From positions 78,418 through 135,176 of IMG/VR virus record IMGVR_UViG_3300016484_000735: 56,759 nucleotides of DNA; one strand, 5' to 3'. The notes below the pieces were generated by a model, which saw only the letters and a list, made by a program, of their open reading frames with translations, was not told the origin of the DNA and ran no database searches. This document shows positions 9,577 through 18,949 of this stretch, in pieces. Position numbers and translations under genes: made by a program. This stretch comes from a virus. Numbering within the stretch: position 1 is the first letter of the stretch; each line of letters starts with the position of its first letter.

Positions 9577-11220
9577 ATGGCTACTAACAAGGACTTCAAG
9601 GTCTCACAAGGGAACATCGTTGGTAACGGGTTCCGTGCTGCACAAGGCGTACCGTCGAACGGCGACGGTTCTCTGAATGGGTACGCATTTGGGGTGGACG
9701 GCGACACTGGTCTGTTCTCGCCTGGCTCAGGTGGCGGGAACGGTGCCCTCGCATTCTTCACGAACAACACCGAACGCGTTCGCCTCACAGCCGGCGGCCA
9801 GTTCGGTATCGGTACTTCGGCACCGTCGCAGCTTCTGACCGTCGTTGGCACCACTCCGTACATCCGCCTGGAAGACGCGTCTGGAAGCGCGAAGCGTCTT
9901 GACCTGTCGGTCGACTCCACCGGTGTTGCGACGATCGCGGCGAACCAGTCGGCTCAGCAGCTCGTGTTCCAGACAGTTGGCGCTGAGCGGATGCGCATTG
10001 ACTCATCGGGCAACGTCGGTGTTGGTGCGGTCCCTGTAGCTGCGCTCAACGGTGTCCTGGTTCATCGCTCTTCTGGTACTGCGAACATTGTCGTGAACTC
10101 CACCGATGCGACGATGTACTCCAGCATCCGCCTGAACAACGGGAACGCAGCGCCAGCCGCGGTCGGCTGTGCTCTGCACCACATGGGTGCGTCGTACCCG
10201 GCAGGTTCTGAGTACGCTCCAGACGGCTCATCGCTTACCGGCTTCGGCAGTAACGGCTTGTTCCTGAACGCATGGCATTCAACCGGGACGGTAAAGATCA
10301 CCACGGCCAGCGTCGAACGGATGCGCATTGATTCGTCGGGTAACGTCGGTGTTGGCACGACAGCGCCAGGCGCAAAGCTTGACGTGAATGGGCAGCTTCG
10401 TGCCCCAACAGTGATTCTGGCACGGAACGATTCTGGCAATGAGGGCGGTGAGATCGTCTTCAACGAGCCGAATAACAACCTCCGAGCTTTTGCTCTTGAC
10501 TGCTACGGCGCGAACGTTCTGAATGGATCTCAAACGTCTTCATTCCGGTTGTTCTCGACGACAGCGGCAACTACCCCAGTGAGTACTGAGCTGCTTTCGG
10601 TGTCCATGGCTGGGCAGCTGAAGATGAAGGTTGGTCCGATCTCGGTGTACTCGCCGACCACTACTACCGTCGGCGGTATCATGGGCATCGAGAACGCTGC
10701 CGATACCTTCACCGTCGACACGAATAAGGTCCTGTCTCATTACGGCCTCACTTGGAAGAGTCTCTCAGACAACGCTGAACTCCAAGCGCATCTTTCGTCG
10801 TACGGTGGCCTGAACTTCTACGCGGCTGGTGCTCTGCGCCTCAAGGTCGAGACGAACGGCGCCGTCCGTCCTGGCACCACACAAGCACAGACACTTGGCT
10901 CTGCGGCGTACCGCTGGTCGACGATCTATTCTGACCAAGCGCTGAACGTTTCGTCGGATGAACGTCTGAAGCACGACATTCAAGACATCACCGAAGTTGA
11001 GGCTCGCGTTGCGACGCGTCTGAAGAGCCTCGTGAAGACGTATCGTCTGAATGTGGATCCTTCGAAGAAGCAAGTCGGTGTGATCGCGCAAGAGGTCGTG
11101 GCGGCATTCGCCGCCGAAGGCTTGGATGCTCTTGATTACTCAATCGTATCGATGGGCGAAGACGGAATGTACGCGGTCTGCTACGATCCGCTGATCATGT
11201 TCATGTTCTCTTCACTCTGA
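9577..11220 (+). CDS. Tail fibre with C-terminal S74-like chaperone
   Basis: ERMRIDSSGNVG repeats; SSDERLK..GVIAQEV. Confidence 0.9.
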   Translation: MATNKDFKVSQGNIVGNGFRAAQGVPSNGDGSLNGYAFGVDGDTGLFSPGSGGGNGALAFFTNNTERVRLTAGGQFGIGTSAPSQLLTVVGTTPYIRLEDASGSAKRLDLSVDSTGVATIAANQSAQQLVFQTVGAERMRIDSSGNVGVGAVPVAALNGVLVHRSSGTANIVVNSTDATMYSSIRLNNGNAAPAAVGCALHHMGASYPAGSEYAPDGSSLTGFGSNGLFLNAWHSTGTVKITTASVERMRIDSSGNVGVGTTAPGAKLDVNGQLRAPTVILARNDSGNEGGEIVFNEPNNNLRAFALDCYGANVLNGSQTSSFRLFSTTAATTPVSTELLSVSMAGQLKMKVGPISVYSPTTTTVGGIMGIENAADTFTVDTNKVLSHYGLTWKSLSDNAELQAHLSSYGGLNFYAAGALRLKVETNGAVRPGTTQAQTLGSAAYRWSTIYSDQALNVSSDERLKHDIQDITEVEARVATRLKSLVKTYRLNVDPSKKQVGVIAQEVVAAFAAEGLDALDYSIVSMGEDGMYAVCYDPLIMFMFSSL

Positions 11221-11234
11221 TTTAAGGGCACAAA

Positions 11235-13646
11235 ATGGCTACTAACAAGGACTTCAAGGTTTCACAAGGGAACATCGTTGGCAACGGGTTCCGTGCCGCA
11301 CAAGGAACACCGACGAACGCAGATCTGTCGCTGAACGGGTACGCGTTCGGTGGTGATGGCGATACGGGGATGTTCTCGCCGGGCTCTGGCGGGTCTAACG
11401 GTGTTCTCGCGTTCTTCACGAATAACACCGAACGTGTTCGACTCGCCGCCAACGGACAGCTCGGCATCGGTACATCGTCACCAGCGTACCCGCTGCACGT
11501 CGAAGGTGCAACTGTTGACGACGTCCTGCGAGTGAATGCTACGAACAACCCATCGATCTCGATCGCTCGTGGTGGTGTTCGACAGATGTACCTGCAAGCA
11601 ACTGCATCTGGTGCTGCGCTGAACGTCGAAACGGCAGTGCCGTTCGGGATCTTCACGAACAATCTCGAGCGGATGCGCATCGACGCTACTGGGAACATCG
11701 GGGTCGGTACATCAAACCCGCTCGCGGCTGTAGAACTGAACTCAGCGAACGTGGCTGGTGATGACAACCGTGGAAACCTGTACGTTCGTACGTCTACTGC
11801 GTATGCTGCTGACGTTGGCGGCAAGATCACGCTTGGCGGGTTCTACAACGGCGCGGCCCATTTCCCGTTCGCCGGTGTGTCTGGGCGCAAGGCGAATGCT
11901 ACGGCGAGCGATGTATCTGGGTACTTGCAGTTCTTGACGACGACCTCAGCTGGAGCTCTGACCGAACGGATGCGGATCGATGCGTCTGGGAACGTTGGCG
12001 TCGGCACTGCATCACCGGCTGCTCGCCTGCACATGCTGGTAGCCGACGGGGCGAGGGTCGACATTGCCAAGTTTGAACAGACCGGGCAAGGATCATTGAC
12101 TGTTCAGGGGCAGTGGGGTAATGCGGATCTTGGGACGAACGCCGGAACACTGCTGTATTCGGCTGGACCGTCGTACAACATCGGATTCCGGAACGGGACC
12201 AGCGGTGCAGCTAGCCTCGTTCTGAACAACGGGAATGTCGCGATCGCGCACTTCGAGAACGGTCTGCAGGCCCCAGCTCGTCTGTCCGTTCAGGAACACG
12301 CCACTGGATTCGCAGGCATCGGCGTTCGTAGCACACGCGCTGGCACTTCTGGATCTGCTCAGCGTGCTTACACGACGACAATCATTCAGGCTTCTGGTGC
12401 GAACTACAGCTACGATGGTTCTGTAGCCATCAAGTTCCATCACAACGATTTCCACAACCTCAGCGGCGACCTGTCATTCTGGACTAAGAACGAGTCTAAC
12501 ACTCAGTCTGAGCGGATGCGTATCACGGCGGCCGGATACGTCGGCATCGGCACCGCCTCGCCTGGGTACGCTCTCGACGTGAACGGGAACGGGCGGTTCT
12601 CGTCGTTCCTGTTCCTTGGGCGGAATGATAACTCGAATGAAGGCGGTCAGCTCGACTTCGCTGAGCCGAACAACAACTCGACGGCTTGGTCACTCGACGT
12701 GTACGGTGGCACGAATCCGGCCTTCCGGATCCTGGAGACCGTGAGCAGCGTCACGTCCGAACGGGTCCGTATCGTTGCCGGCGGGAAGATGGCGATCGGC
12801 GCAACAACCACGTACTCTGAACTCACAGTGAACAACGGCTCAGCATCTGGCTCGCTGTCTCTGTCGCCAGTGAGTGGTGGCGGTGGTGTGTCGTATATCC
12901 TGATGGGGAACGCCAACGGCGGTGGCGCGACTGGCCCAACTATGATCGCCTCGGCGAACCGTACGTTGCAGTTCGGCGTTGGTACTTCGTTCACGAGTCG
13001 TGATGGCGGCACGTTCACCGAGTTCATGCGCATCGACTCTGGCGGCAACGTCGGTATCGGCATTTCGGTCCCATCGGCTCGTCTGCATGTTGCCGGTGCA
13101 TCAGAAGCCATTCGGATGCAGCACGACAATGCATACATCAGCGGATACAACAGTGCGAACACAGTTCGAAACGGGTACTTGCAGTTCTCTGGCGCTGGCA
13201 CGACCTTGGCAGCTGATGCTGGTGGTTCGGCGAACCTGGTGTTTTCGACCAATAGCGCGAACCGCCTCATCATCGAAGTCGGTGGCGCCGTTCGTCCTGG
13301 TGCCACACAAGCTCAGACACTCGGTTCAGCAACATACCGGTGGTCGACGATCTACTCTGACCAAGCTCTGAACGTTTCGTCGGATGAGCGTCTGAAGGCA
13401 GACGTTCAAGACCTTACTGAAGCCGAGACCCGGGTGGCGAAGCGCTTGAAGGGTCTTGTGAAGACGTATCGTCTGCTCGCACGTCCAGACAAGAAGCGCA
13501 TCGGTGTGATCGCTCAAGAGGTCGTGGCGGCGTTCGAAGCCGAAGGTCTGGACGCTCTTGACTACGAGGTTGTCTCGATGGGTGAAGACGGGATGTACGC
13601 GGTTTGCTACGAACCGCTGACCTTGTTCATCGTCTCCGCGATGTAA
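11235..13646 (+). CDS. Tail fibre with C-terminal S74-like chaperone; paralog of 9577-11220
   Basis: Near-identical N-terminus (MATNKDFKVSQGNIVGNGFRAAQG) and C-terminal chaperone domain. Confidence 0.9.
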   Translation: MATNKDFKVSQGNIVGNGFRAAQGTPTNADLSLNGYAFGGDGDTGMFSPGSGGSNGVLAFFTNNTERVRLAANGQLGIGTSSPAYPLHVEGATVDDVLRVNATNNPSISIARGGVRQMYLQATASGAALNVETAVPFGIFTNNLERMRIDATGNIGVGTSNPLAAVELNSANVAGDDNRGNLYVRTSTAYAADVGGKITLGGFYNGAAHFPFAGVSGRKANATASDVSGYLQFLTTTSAGALTERMRIDASGNVGVGTASPAARLHMLVADGARVDIAKFEQTGQGSLTVQGQWGNADLGTNAGTLLYSAGPSYNIGFRNGTSGAASLVLNNGNVAIAHFENGLQAPARLSVQEHATGFAGIGVRSTRAGTSGSAQRAYTTTIIQASGANYSYDGSVAIKFHHNDFHNLSGDLSFWTKNESNTQSERMRITAAGYVGIGTASPGYALDVNGNGRFSSFLFLGRNDNSNEGGQLDFAEPNNNSTAWSLDVYGGTNPAFRILETVSSVTSERVRIVAGGKMAIGATTTYSELTVNNGSASGSLSLSPVSGGGGVSYILMGNANGGGATGPTMIASANRTLQFGVGTSFTSRDGGTFTEFMRIDSGGNVGIGISVPSARLHVAGASEAIRMQHDNAYISGYNSANTVRNGYLQFSGAGTTLAADAGGSANLVFSTNSANRLIIEVGGAVRPGATQAQTLGSATYRWSTIYSDQALNVSSDERLKADVQDLTEAETRVAKRLKGLVKTYRLLARPDKKRIGVIAQEVVAAFEAEGLDALDYEVVSMGEDGMYAVCYEPLTLFIVSAM

Positions 13647-13652
13647 CCACTG

Positions 13653-13695
13653 AACCTAGGAACTGCTACGCGTGGTTCCTAGGTTGTGGTACAGT
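13653..13695 (+). promoter_or_regulatory. AACCTAGGAAC/GTTCCTAGGTT inverted repeat overlapping a promoter (-10 TACAGT)
   Basis: Perfect 11-bp arms at 13653-13663 and 13675-13685; TGnTACAGT ending 13695; ATG 6 nt later. Confidence 0.6.
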
Positions 13696-13701
13696 ACGCG
13701 C

Positions 13702-13962
13702 ATGAACACACCTGGATACATGGTGTTCTGGTTCCGCCAGGGACCAGAATGCGAGTACTTCGAACCGTCGCAGATGACGGAAGCCCTGGCTCTGATGAAC
13801 GAACTCCGGAAGGATCCTTCGAACGAGTTCGTCACGTTCGCCTCACAAGACCCGAACTCGGTTGGCAAGCCGGGCGTGGATTCGATCGAGAACGGCAAGA
13901 CTCCGGACGGTCATCCGTACGAGTGGTCGAAGGCAGGGCGCGCTGGCAAGATGCGCCGGTAA
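13702..13962 (+). CDS. Hypothetical protein
   Basis: ORF directly after a -10 element, likely leaderless. Confidence 0.7.
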   Translation: MNTPGYMVFWFRQGPECEYFEPSQMTEALALMNELRKDPSNEFVTFASQDPNSVGKPGVDSIENGKTPDGHPYEWSKAGRAGKMRR

Positions 13963-13983
13963 TAAGACGCGCGTACGTGCGTC

Positions 13984-14043
13984 GTTACAGGTCCAGGGTC
14001 GTTACAATTTCGCTGGTACAGGTTCCCAGGTTCGTGTTATGAT
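13984..14043 (+). promoter_or_regulatory. Paired-GTTACA promoter, copy 1
   Basis: GTTACA at 13984 and 14001; TGnTATGAT -10 at 14038. Confidence 0.75.
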
Positions 14044-14069
14044 GAGAACATCGAATCGTGGAGAGCAAC

Positions 14070-14495
14070 ATGTACATCCGGTTCCTGAAGTCTGGTGAGA
14101 TCGATACGTATGCCGAGTCCCTCTCGCCCGAGATGGCGCAGGATCGGCAGTGGACCGATCGCTGGAACTGGAGGGACTTCGCAACGGTCGAGAAGATCGC
14201 TGCGCACCTCACCGAGAAGCTCGGGTACCTGTGGTTGCCAGTCGACCGAGGCGAATCGACCTCGCCGCGATACGATGTGATGGTCGCTCCCCGCGTCGGT
14301 GACAAGGTCTCGCGCGGTTTCAACGGCGACTACTACCCCGATGGCGTGATCGAGAAGATCACGCCGAAGTTCCAGATCAAGACCTCTGGTGGTCACACCT
14401 TCCGCCGCGTGAAGAACACGAGCACGTGGATCATGAGCGGCGGTACCTGGGGCCTCGTGAGCGGTCACATCGACGAACGTAACCCGCACTTCTGA
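14070..14495 (+). CDS. Hypothetical protein
   Basis: GGAG RBS; downstream of promoter copy 1. Confidence 0.75.
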   Translation: MYIRFLKSGEIDTYAESLSPEMAQDRQWTDRWNWRDFATVEKIAAHLTEKLGYLWLPVDRGESTSPRYDVMVAPRVGDKVSRGFNGDYYPDGVIEKITPKFQIKTSGGHTFRRVKNTSTWIMSGGTWGLVSGHIDERNPHF

Positions 14496-14498
14496 ATC

Positions 14499-14723
14499 AT
14501 GAACACCACTCTGATCATCCAAGGTCCGAACGACCGAGAACTCCTGCGCGTCGAGGTCACACCGCACGACGCCGATAAGCCGCCGTTGCGGGTCCCGAAG
14601 GTCGGTGATACCGTTCGGGTGAAGTTCGAACGGTACAAGGTCATCGAGCGTGAGTTCGAGTACCTCGAGAACAACTGGGGCTCGATGACCTGCTACGTCA
14701 CGGTGTTCGTGGAAGAGATCTGA
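14499..14723 (+). CDS. Hypothetical protein
   Basis: Packed ORF. Confidence 0.65.
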   Translation: MNTTLIIQGPNDRELLRVEVTPHDADKPPLRVPKVGDTVRVKFERYKVIEREFEYLENNWGSMTCYVTVFVEEI

Positions 14724-14740
14724 AACCCTGAAGGAAGTCG

Positions 14741-14896
14741 ATGCAGTACGTGCCGTACCTGATCCTGATCGCTCTGGCGTTCATCTGTGTTCTCGCGCTG
14801 TTCGAAGGCGCGAGCATCCACAAGACAGCCGAAGAACAGAAGCGAGATGACGAGGAGCAAGCGGAAGCCATCCGCAAGGGGAATCGCCGAACCTAA
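14741..14896 (+). CDS. Small membrane protein (51 aa; not in the ORF track)
   Basis: AAGGAAG RBS; MQYVPYLILIALAFICVLALF hydrophobic N-terminus followed by a charged tail. Confidence 0.6.
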   Translation: MQYVPYLILIALAFICVLALFEGASIHKTAEEQKRDDEEQAEAIRKGNRRT

Positions 14897-14999
14897 AAAC
14901 GACTCGTACATTTCTTTACCTGGGAATCCGCCCTTGGTCTAAAATAGCTGTACTGGGCGAAGTCCAGCCTCTCAGCCTGAAACCATCTTGGAGTATCAA

Positions 15000-15677
15000 A
15001 TGAAGCTCATGTCTGCTCTGGCCGCTCTGGCCCTCTCGCTGGCGTCGACGCTGGCATCCGCCGTGCCGGTCACGACCTGCAACACCGCCGATCTGGTCGG
15101 CTCGTACGCCTGTGCCGGTCGGTACGAAGGCAACGACATCGGCAACAGCTCGACCATCGCGAGGACCGTCGCTCGCTTCGATGCGATCGACTCGAACGAC
15201 TTCTCGGCCTGGACCCTGATCGACACGACCAGTTCGGCCTCCGGCTCGCAAGTCGCACTGATCTACTCGAGCGGCGGTTCGAGCGGTTCGCTGCTGCTGG
15301 TCGATCCGCTGGGTCTTCTGGCTCACAACTACTTCGGCATCACGCTGAAGGCTGCGGACTACTACAGCGAGTTCGTGTTCGACGGCGGCGCGCTGTATAA
15401 CCTCGGCCTCCTGAACAACGTCGGCACTGGCGTGACTTCGCTGGACTTCTCGACGGCGAGTACTGCCTCGAACCGCCAAGGCATCGCCCAGAACCTGAGC
15501 CACGCCTCGCTGTGGGGGTTCACGACCTCGACGACCGGGAACTTCGGTGACTCGTGCGGCACCGGCAACGACTGCAACCCGCTGCCGGTGCCGGAACCGA
15601 GCTCGATGGCTCTGACCCTCGCCGGCCTGGGCATGATGGGCTTCATCGCCCGCCGCCGCAGCGGCAAGACCGCCTGA
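15000..15677 (+). CDS. Secreted PEP-CTERM sorting-domain protein
   Basis: Signal peptide MKLMSALAALALSLASTLASA; C-terminal VPEPSSMALTLAGLGMMGFIARRR (PEP, TM helix, Arg cluster). Confidence 0.9.
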   Translation: MKLMSALAALALSLASTLASAVPVTTCNTADLVGSYACAGRYEGNDIGNSSTIARTVARFDAIDSNDFSAWTLIDTTSSASGSQVALIYSSGGSSGSLLLVDPLGLLAHNYFGITLKAADYYSEFVFDGGALYNLGLLNNVGTGVTSLDFSTASTASNRQGIAQNLSHASLWGFTTSTTGNFGDSCGTGNDCNPLPVPEPSSMALTLAGLGMMGFIARRRSGKTA

Positions 15678-15758
15678 TCGGTCGCAGGCCTGTGGCCTGC
15701 TCCTCGAATAAATACCAGGACCCACACGGGTCCTGTGTTCGTTTCTAGGAGTACAACT

Positions 15759-15896
15759 ATGTGGCAGAAGTTCGTAAGCTGGCTGAAGAGCCTGTTTGCA
15801 AGTGTTGAGCCAACCGTCGATGACGTGGCTCACCTGCAAGGGTGGATCAAGGACAAGCCGGATGCCCGCGATCAGGTGTTCGGGGAGGAGAAGTGA
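15759..15896 (+). CDS. 45-aa protein resembling the propeptide of bacterial C1A cysteine proteases
   Basis: AGGAG RBS; encodes GWIKDKPDARDQVF; its TGA overlaps the protease ATG (TGATG). Confidence 0.65.
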   Translation: MWQKFVSWLKSLFASVEPTVDDVAHLQGWIKDKPDARDQVFGEEK

Positions 15897-16546
15897 TGGC
15901 TTCTGTTGACCTCCGCTCGAAGCTCGGACCGATCGAGCAACAAGGTGCGCCGAACTCGTGCGTTGCACACGCAACGACCTCTGCCCTCGAAGCAGTGCTC
16001 GGTGTTCAAGACCTCTCTCGTCTGTTCGTGTACTACAATGCTCGTCTGGTTGCGAATCAGCAATCGTATGATGCTGGCTGCACGCCGCGGAACGCGATGA
16101 AGGCCCTCGCTACGTACGGCGCCCCGCTCGAAGCCGAGTGGGCGTACGATACATCGAAGATCACGGCCGTGCCGCCGGCTTCGGCGTACGCGAGCGGGAA
16201 GCCGCTCGCTTCGAAGATCAAGGCGTACCAGTCGGTCCTCTCGCTGACGGCGATGAAGTCGGCTCTCTCACAGGGTCTGCCAGTCGTGTTCGGGTTCCAA
16301 GTTCCTGACACGTTCGTGTCTGTCACGAAGTACAACGGTATCCAACCAATGTACACGAGTACCACGAAGTGGATCGGACGTCACGCTGTTCTCGCCGTCG
16401 GGTTCGATGACGTTACTCAAACGGTCCTGTGCCGGAACTCGTTCGGTCCGACCTGGGGAAATCAAGGGTACTTCACGATGGGGTACGGTTGGTTCTCGAA
16501 CTTCTACGGGTACGTGTCTGACGCCTGGGTGATTATCCCGGCATAA
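15896..16546 (+). CDS. Papain-like (C1A) cysteine protease
   Basis: SVDLR, QG..NSC (catalytic Cys), LSRLFVYYNAR, HAVLAVGFD (His), RNSFGPTWG (Asn). Confidence 0.9.
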   Translation: MASVDLRSKLGPIEQQGAPNSCVAHATTSALEAVLGVQDLSRLFVYYNARLVANQQSYDAGCTPRNAMKALATYGAPLEAEWAYDTSKITAVPPASAYASGKPLASKIKAYQSVLSLTAMKSALSQGLPVVFGFQVPDTFVSVTKYNGIQPMYTSTTKWIGRHAVLAVGFDDVTQTVLCRNSFGPTWGNQGYFTMGYGWFSNFYGYVSDAWVIIPA

Positions 16547-16548
16547 TC

Positions 16549-16609
16549 GTTACAAGTTCAGGATCGTTACACTTCAACGGGGCGCGATGTGCCCCGTTTG
16601 TGTTAGAAT
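16549..16609 (+). promoter_or_regulatory. Paired-GTTACA promoter, copy 2
   Basis: GTTACA at 16549 and 16566; TGnTAGAAT at 16604. Confidence 0.7.
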
Positions 16610-16635
16610 GGATTCATCGGTTCAAATGGTGACCT

Positions 16636-17115
16636 ATGAAACACATCCTGATCCTCGCTTCCCTGATCGCCTCGACGGCATTCGCCGGACAAGCGCCCAA
16701 GGCAGGTTCGCAAGAGCCCTCCACGATCGTGGATGCCGTGGCGATGCCGCGCGCCATCACCTGGCCCGAGAAGCGGCTCTGGAACTCGACGGTAGGCGAA
16801 ATCCTCGTGTGTCCGTTCCAGTACAAGGCATCGTCATACGACAAGGAGTGCGTGTCTGATGTGAAGGGCGACACGAAGCAGTACTGGATGCCACTCCAGA
16901 ATTACAAGGTTCCTGGCATGGTGCTGAAGGGTTACGAGTACCGCTTCACTGGCACCAGCGGGTACCAGGTCCTGATCACGTACTTTGGTCCGCCGACCGC
17001 TCCGACCCAAGCACCCGCTGCCGGCCAGCCGTCGGTGACTGTGCAGAACCCGGTCCTGAAGTTCGAAGGTCCGGTCACGATCGACGCGAAGCGCGTCACG
17101 ATTCGGAAGCGCTGA
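16636..17115 (+). CDS. Secreted/periplasmic hypothetical protein
   Basis: Signal peptide MKHILILASLIASTAFA. Confidence 0.75.
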   Translation: MKHILILASLIASTAFAGQAPKAGSQEPSTIVDAVAMPRAITWPEKRLWNSTVGEILVCPFQYKASSYDKECVSDVKGDTKQYWMPLQNYKVPGMVLKGYEYRFTGTSGYQVLITYFGPPTAPTQAPAAGQPSVTVQNPVLKFEGPVTIDAKRVTIRKR

Positions 17116-17116
17116 C

Positions 17117-17449
17117 ATGACCGTCAAAGACTACACGAAGGAACTGAAGATCCTCGAGGAGGCAGCCGACGCTGCCGTTCGAGCGACGAACGAGTACAAC
17201 GGCGGCTGGTACCCGTGCGGGTTCGCGTGGGTCACGGTGAAGCCGGCTCGTGGCCCGCTGATCGCTGCGATGAAACACTTCAAGATCGGCGACCGTGGAT
17301 ACGATGGCGGGTACATAATCTACAACCCGTCCGGATCCTCGACCCAGAGCATGGAAGCGAAGGCTCTCGGTGCGAACGCGTACGCCGAGATCCTGAAGAA
17401 GCACTACGGCGAGAAGTACAAGATCACCGTCGAAACCCGAGTGGACTGA
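17117..17449 (+). CDS. Hypothetical phage protein (CGFAWV motif)
   Basis: YPCGFAWV..TQSMEAK..A..YAEIL; packed ORF. Confidence 0.75.
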   Translation: MTVKDYTKELKILEEAADAAVRATNEYNGGWYPCGFAWVTVKPARGPLIAAMKHFKIGDRGYDGGYIIYNPSGSSTQSMEAKALGANAYAEILKKHYGEKYKITVETRVD

Positions 17450-17451
17450 AC

Positions 17452-18072
17452 ATGACCGACGTCTTCCTGATCTTCGACTTCATCACCTCGAAGCTCATGT
17501 GTACGGGCGCGCTGATCATGCTCTGGCCTGTCCCGTTGGCAGCGTACTTGATCGCGCCGTACATGATCGCTGCCGAGTGTCGCGAGACTTGGATCAGCGG
17601 CGAGAAAGAAGTGAAATTCAATCTGTCTACCAAGTCTCGCAAAATCGGTCTGGTGGTGATGTACGTGTTCGCTCTGCCGTTCTTGATGGCGTACTACGGG
17701 AAGATCTGGCCAAGTCAGCCGCTGCAGTACACGCACGGCACCGATTCCCTTCACAAGGTGTTCCTCGAATCTCTTGATGAGTTCAAGGCTCGTGTCGATG
17801 CTAAGAATCCGGTGATCACCGAGCTTGGCACGGAACTCCGCCGGTACCGTCTCGACAGCTGGAATCCGCCAAAGCACTTCTACGTGACGATCACCGACTT
17901 GAAGACTGGTGTTACTTCTGAGCGTGTGTACGTGTCGAAGCACTGTAACTCAGCCAGCAGCCTCGTTCGCGGAACCGAGTACAACCTTGTCCTGCGGAAG
18001 TACCAGACGTCGAATGAACCCGGCGTCGTGAAGTACGACTTCACCGGACTGTACGAAGCGTTCTGTTCTTGA
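17452..18072 (+). CDS. Membrane protein
   Basis: Two hydrophobic segments; ATG 2 nt after the previous stop. Confidence 0.65.
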   Translation: MTDVFLIFDFITSKLMCTGALIMLWPVPLAAYLIAPYMIAAECRETWISGEKEVKFNLSTKSRKIGLVVMYVFALPFLMAYYGKIWPSQPLQYTHGTDSLHKVFLESLDEFKARVDAKNPVITELGTELRRYRLDSWNPPKHFYVTITDLKTGVTSERVYVSKHCNSASSLVRGTEYNLVLRKYQTSNEPGVVKYDFTGLYEAFCS

Positions 18073-18121
18073 ACCTAGAATGAGTTCGACCTAAGGTTCG
18101 AAGCACACGATACAATACATC

Positions 18122-18238
18122 ATGCCAGGATTCATCCCGCCCGAGTCCGGACCGTCGATCGAACAACGAATTCGACGGGCACTTGTACTGATCGCAGTAT
18201 CATGTGTCATCGGGGTCATCTTGGCGTTCTCTTCGTGA
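18122..18238 (+). CDS. Small membrane peptide (38 aa; not in the ORF track)
   Basis: ATG 5 nt after TACAAT; RRALVLIAVSCVIGVILAF. Confidence 0.45.
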   Translation: MPGFIPPESGPSIEQRIRRALVLIAVSCVIGVILAFSS

Positions 18239-18244
18239 GGCTGT

Positions 18245-18478
18245 ATGTTCGAGAAACTGAAGATGATCGGGACGATCGTCGGTGTGTTCATGGCAGCATG
18301 CGTCGTCGGCGTCGCAGTGATGGCGATGTGGTCGTTCATCTACATGGTCGTGATCGGGTTCCTGACCCTGCTCGTCCTGTGCTGGGCGTGCGGACTTCGC
18401 TTGAACATGTACGCTGATGTCGACGGCAAGAAGACTCGCGTTGGGTACCTCCGTTGGTTCACGTTCACGAAAGTCTGA
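18245..18478 (+). CDS. Small membrane protein
   Basis: Two TM-like segments; GAGG RBS. Confidence 0.65.
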   Translation: MFEKLKMIGTIVGVFMAACVVGVAVMAMWSFIYMVVIGFLTLLVLCWACGLRLNMYADVDGKKTRVGYLRWFTFTKV

Positions 18479-18479
18479 G

Positions 18480-18947
18480 ATGAGTTTTCGCAAGATCACG
18501 CTTCGGCGCAGTCCTGCCGACTATGTCGAGTTCGAGTACGCCGTCGGGCGATACTGTACACACATCAAGAAGATCGGCGACTTCAGCAATGCCGTGATCG
18601 GGAACTGCGCCGACATCTCAATGGACAAGTACACGGTGACTCCTGCGGATATTCGTCGAGCAATCCTCTCGAGCCCGCATTGTCCGCCTGCCGTGCTGGA
18701 GTTCGAGCGAGCGTTCGACGAACAGCGTTCGGCGGCGGCCGCGGTAAAGAAAGATCCTGGTCCTCGTACTCGAGGGTTCAAGCAGCTCGTCGGGAAGCGC
18801 ATCGTCGACTTCCGAATGTCTGATCACGGCGAGATCATTCTAGAGGATGAGGAGGCGGGGCGGTACCGGATCGAAGTCTCGTACAGTCGTGAGTTCGACG
18901 CGGTTGTTCCGTCGCTGTTCATGATCGAGGGCAACGAGCCTGAGTGA
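18480..18947 (+). CDS. Hypothetical protein
   Basis: ATG 1 nt after the previous stop. Confidence 0.65.
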   Translation: MSFRKITLRRSPADYVEFEYAVGRYCTHIKKIGDFSNAVIGNCADISMDKYTVTPADIRRAILSSPHCPPAVLEFERAFDEQRSAAAAVKKDPGPRTRGFKQLVGKRIVDFRMSDHGEIILEDEEAGRYRIEVSYSREFDAVVPSLFMIEGNEPE

Positions 18948-18949
18948 TC

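Noticed and set aside
6820-13646. Diversity-generating retroelement or invertase shufflon acting on the fibres
   Set aside because: No reverse transcriptase or invertase in the window, no adenine-specific TR/VR pair noticed, and all cassettes are full genes in the same orientation.
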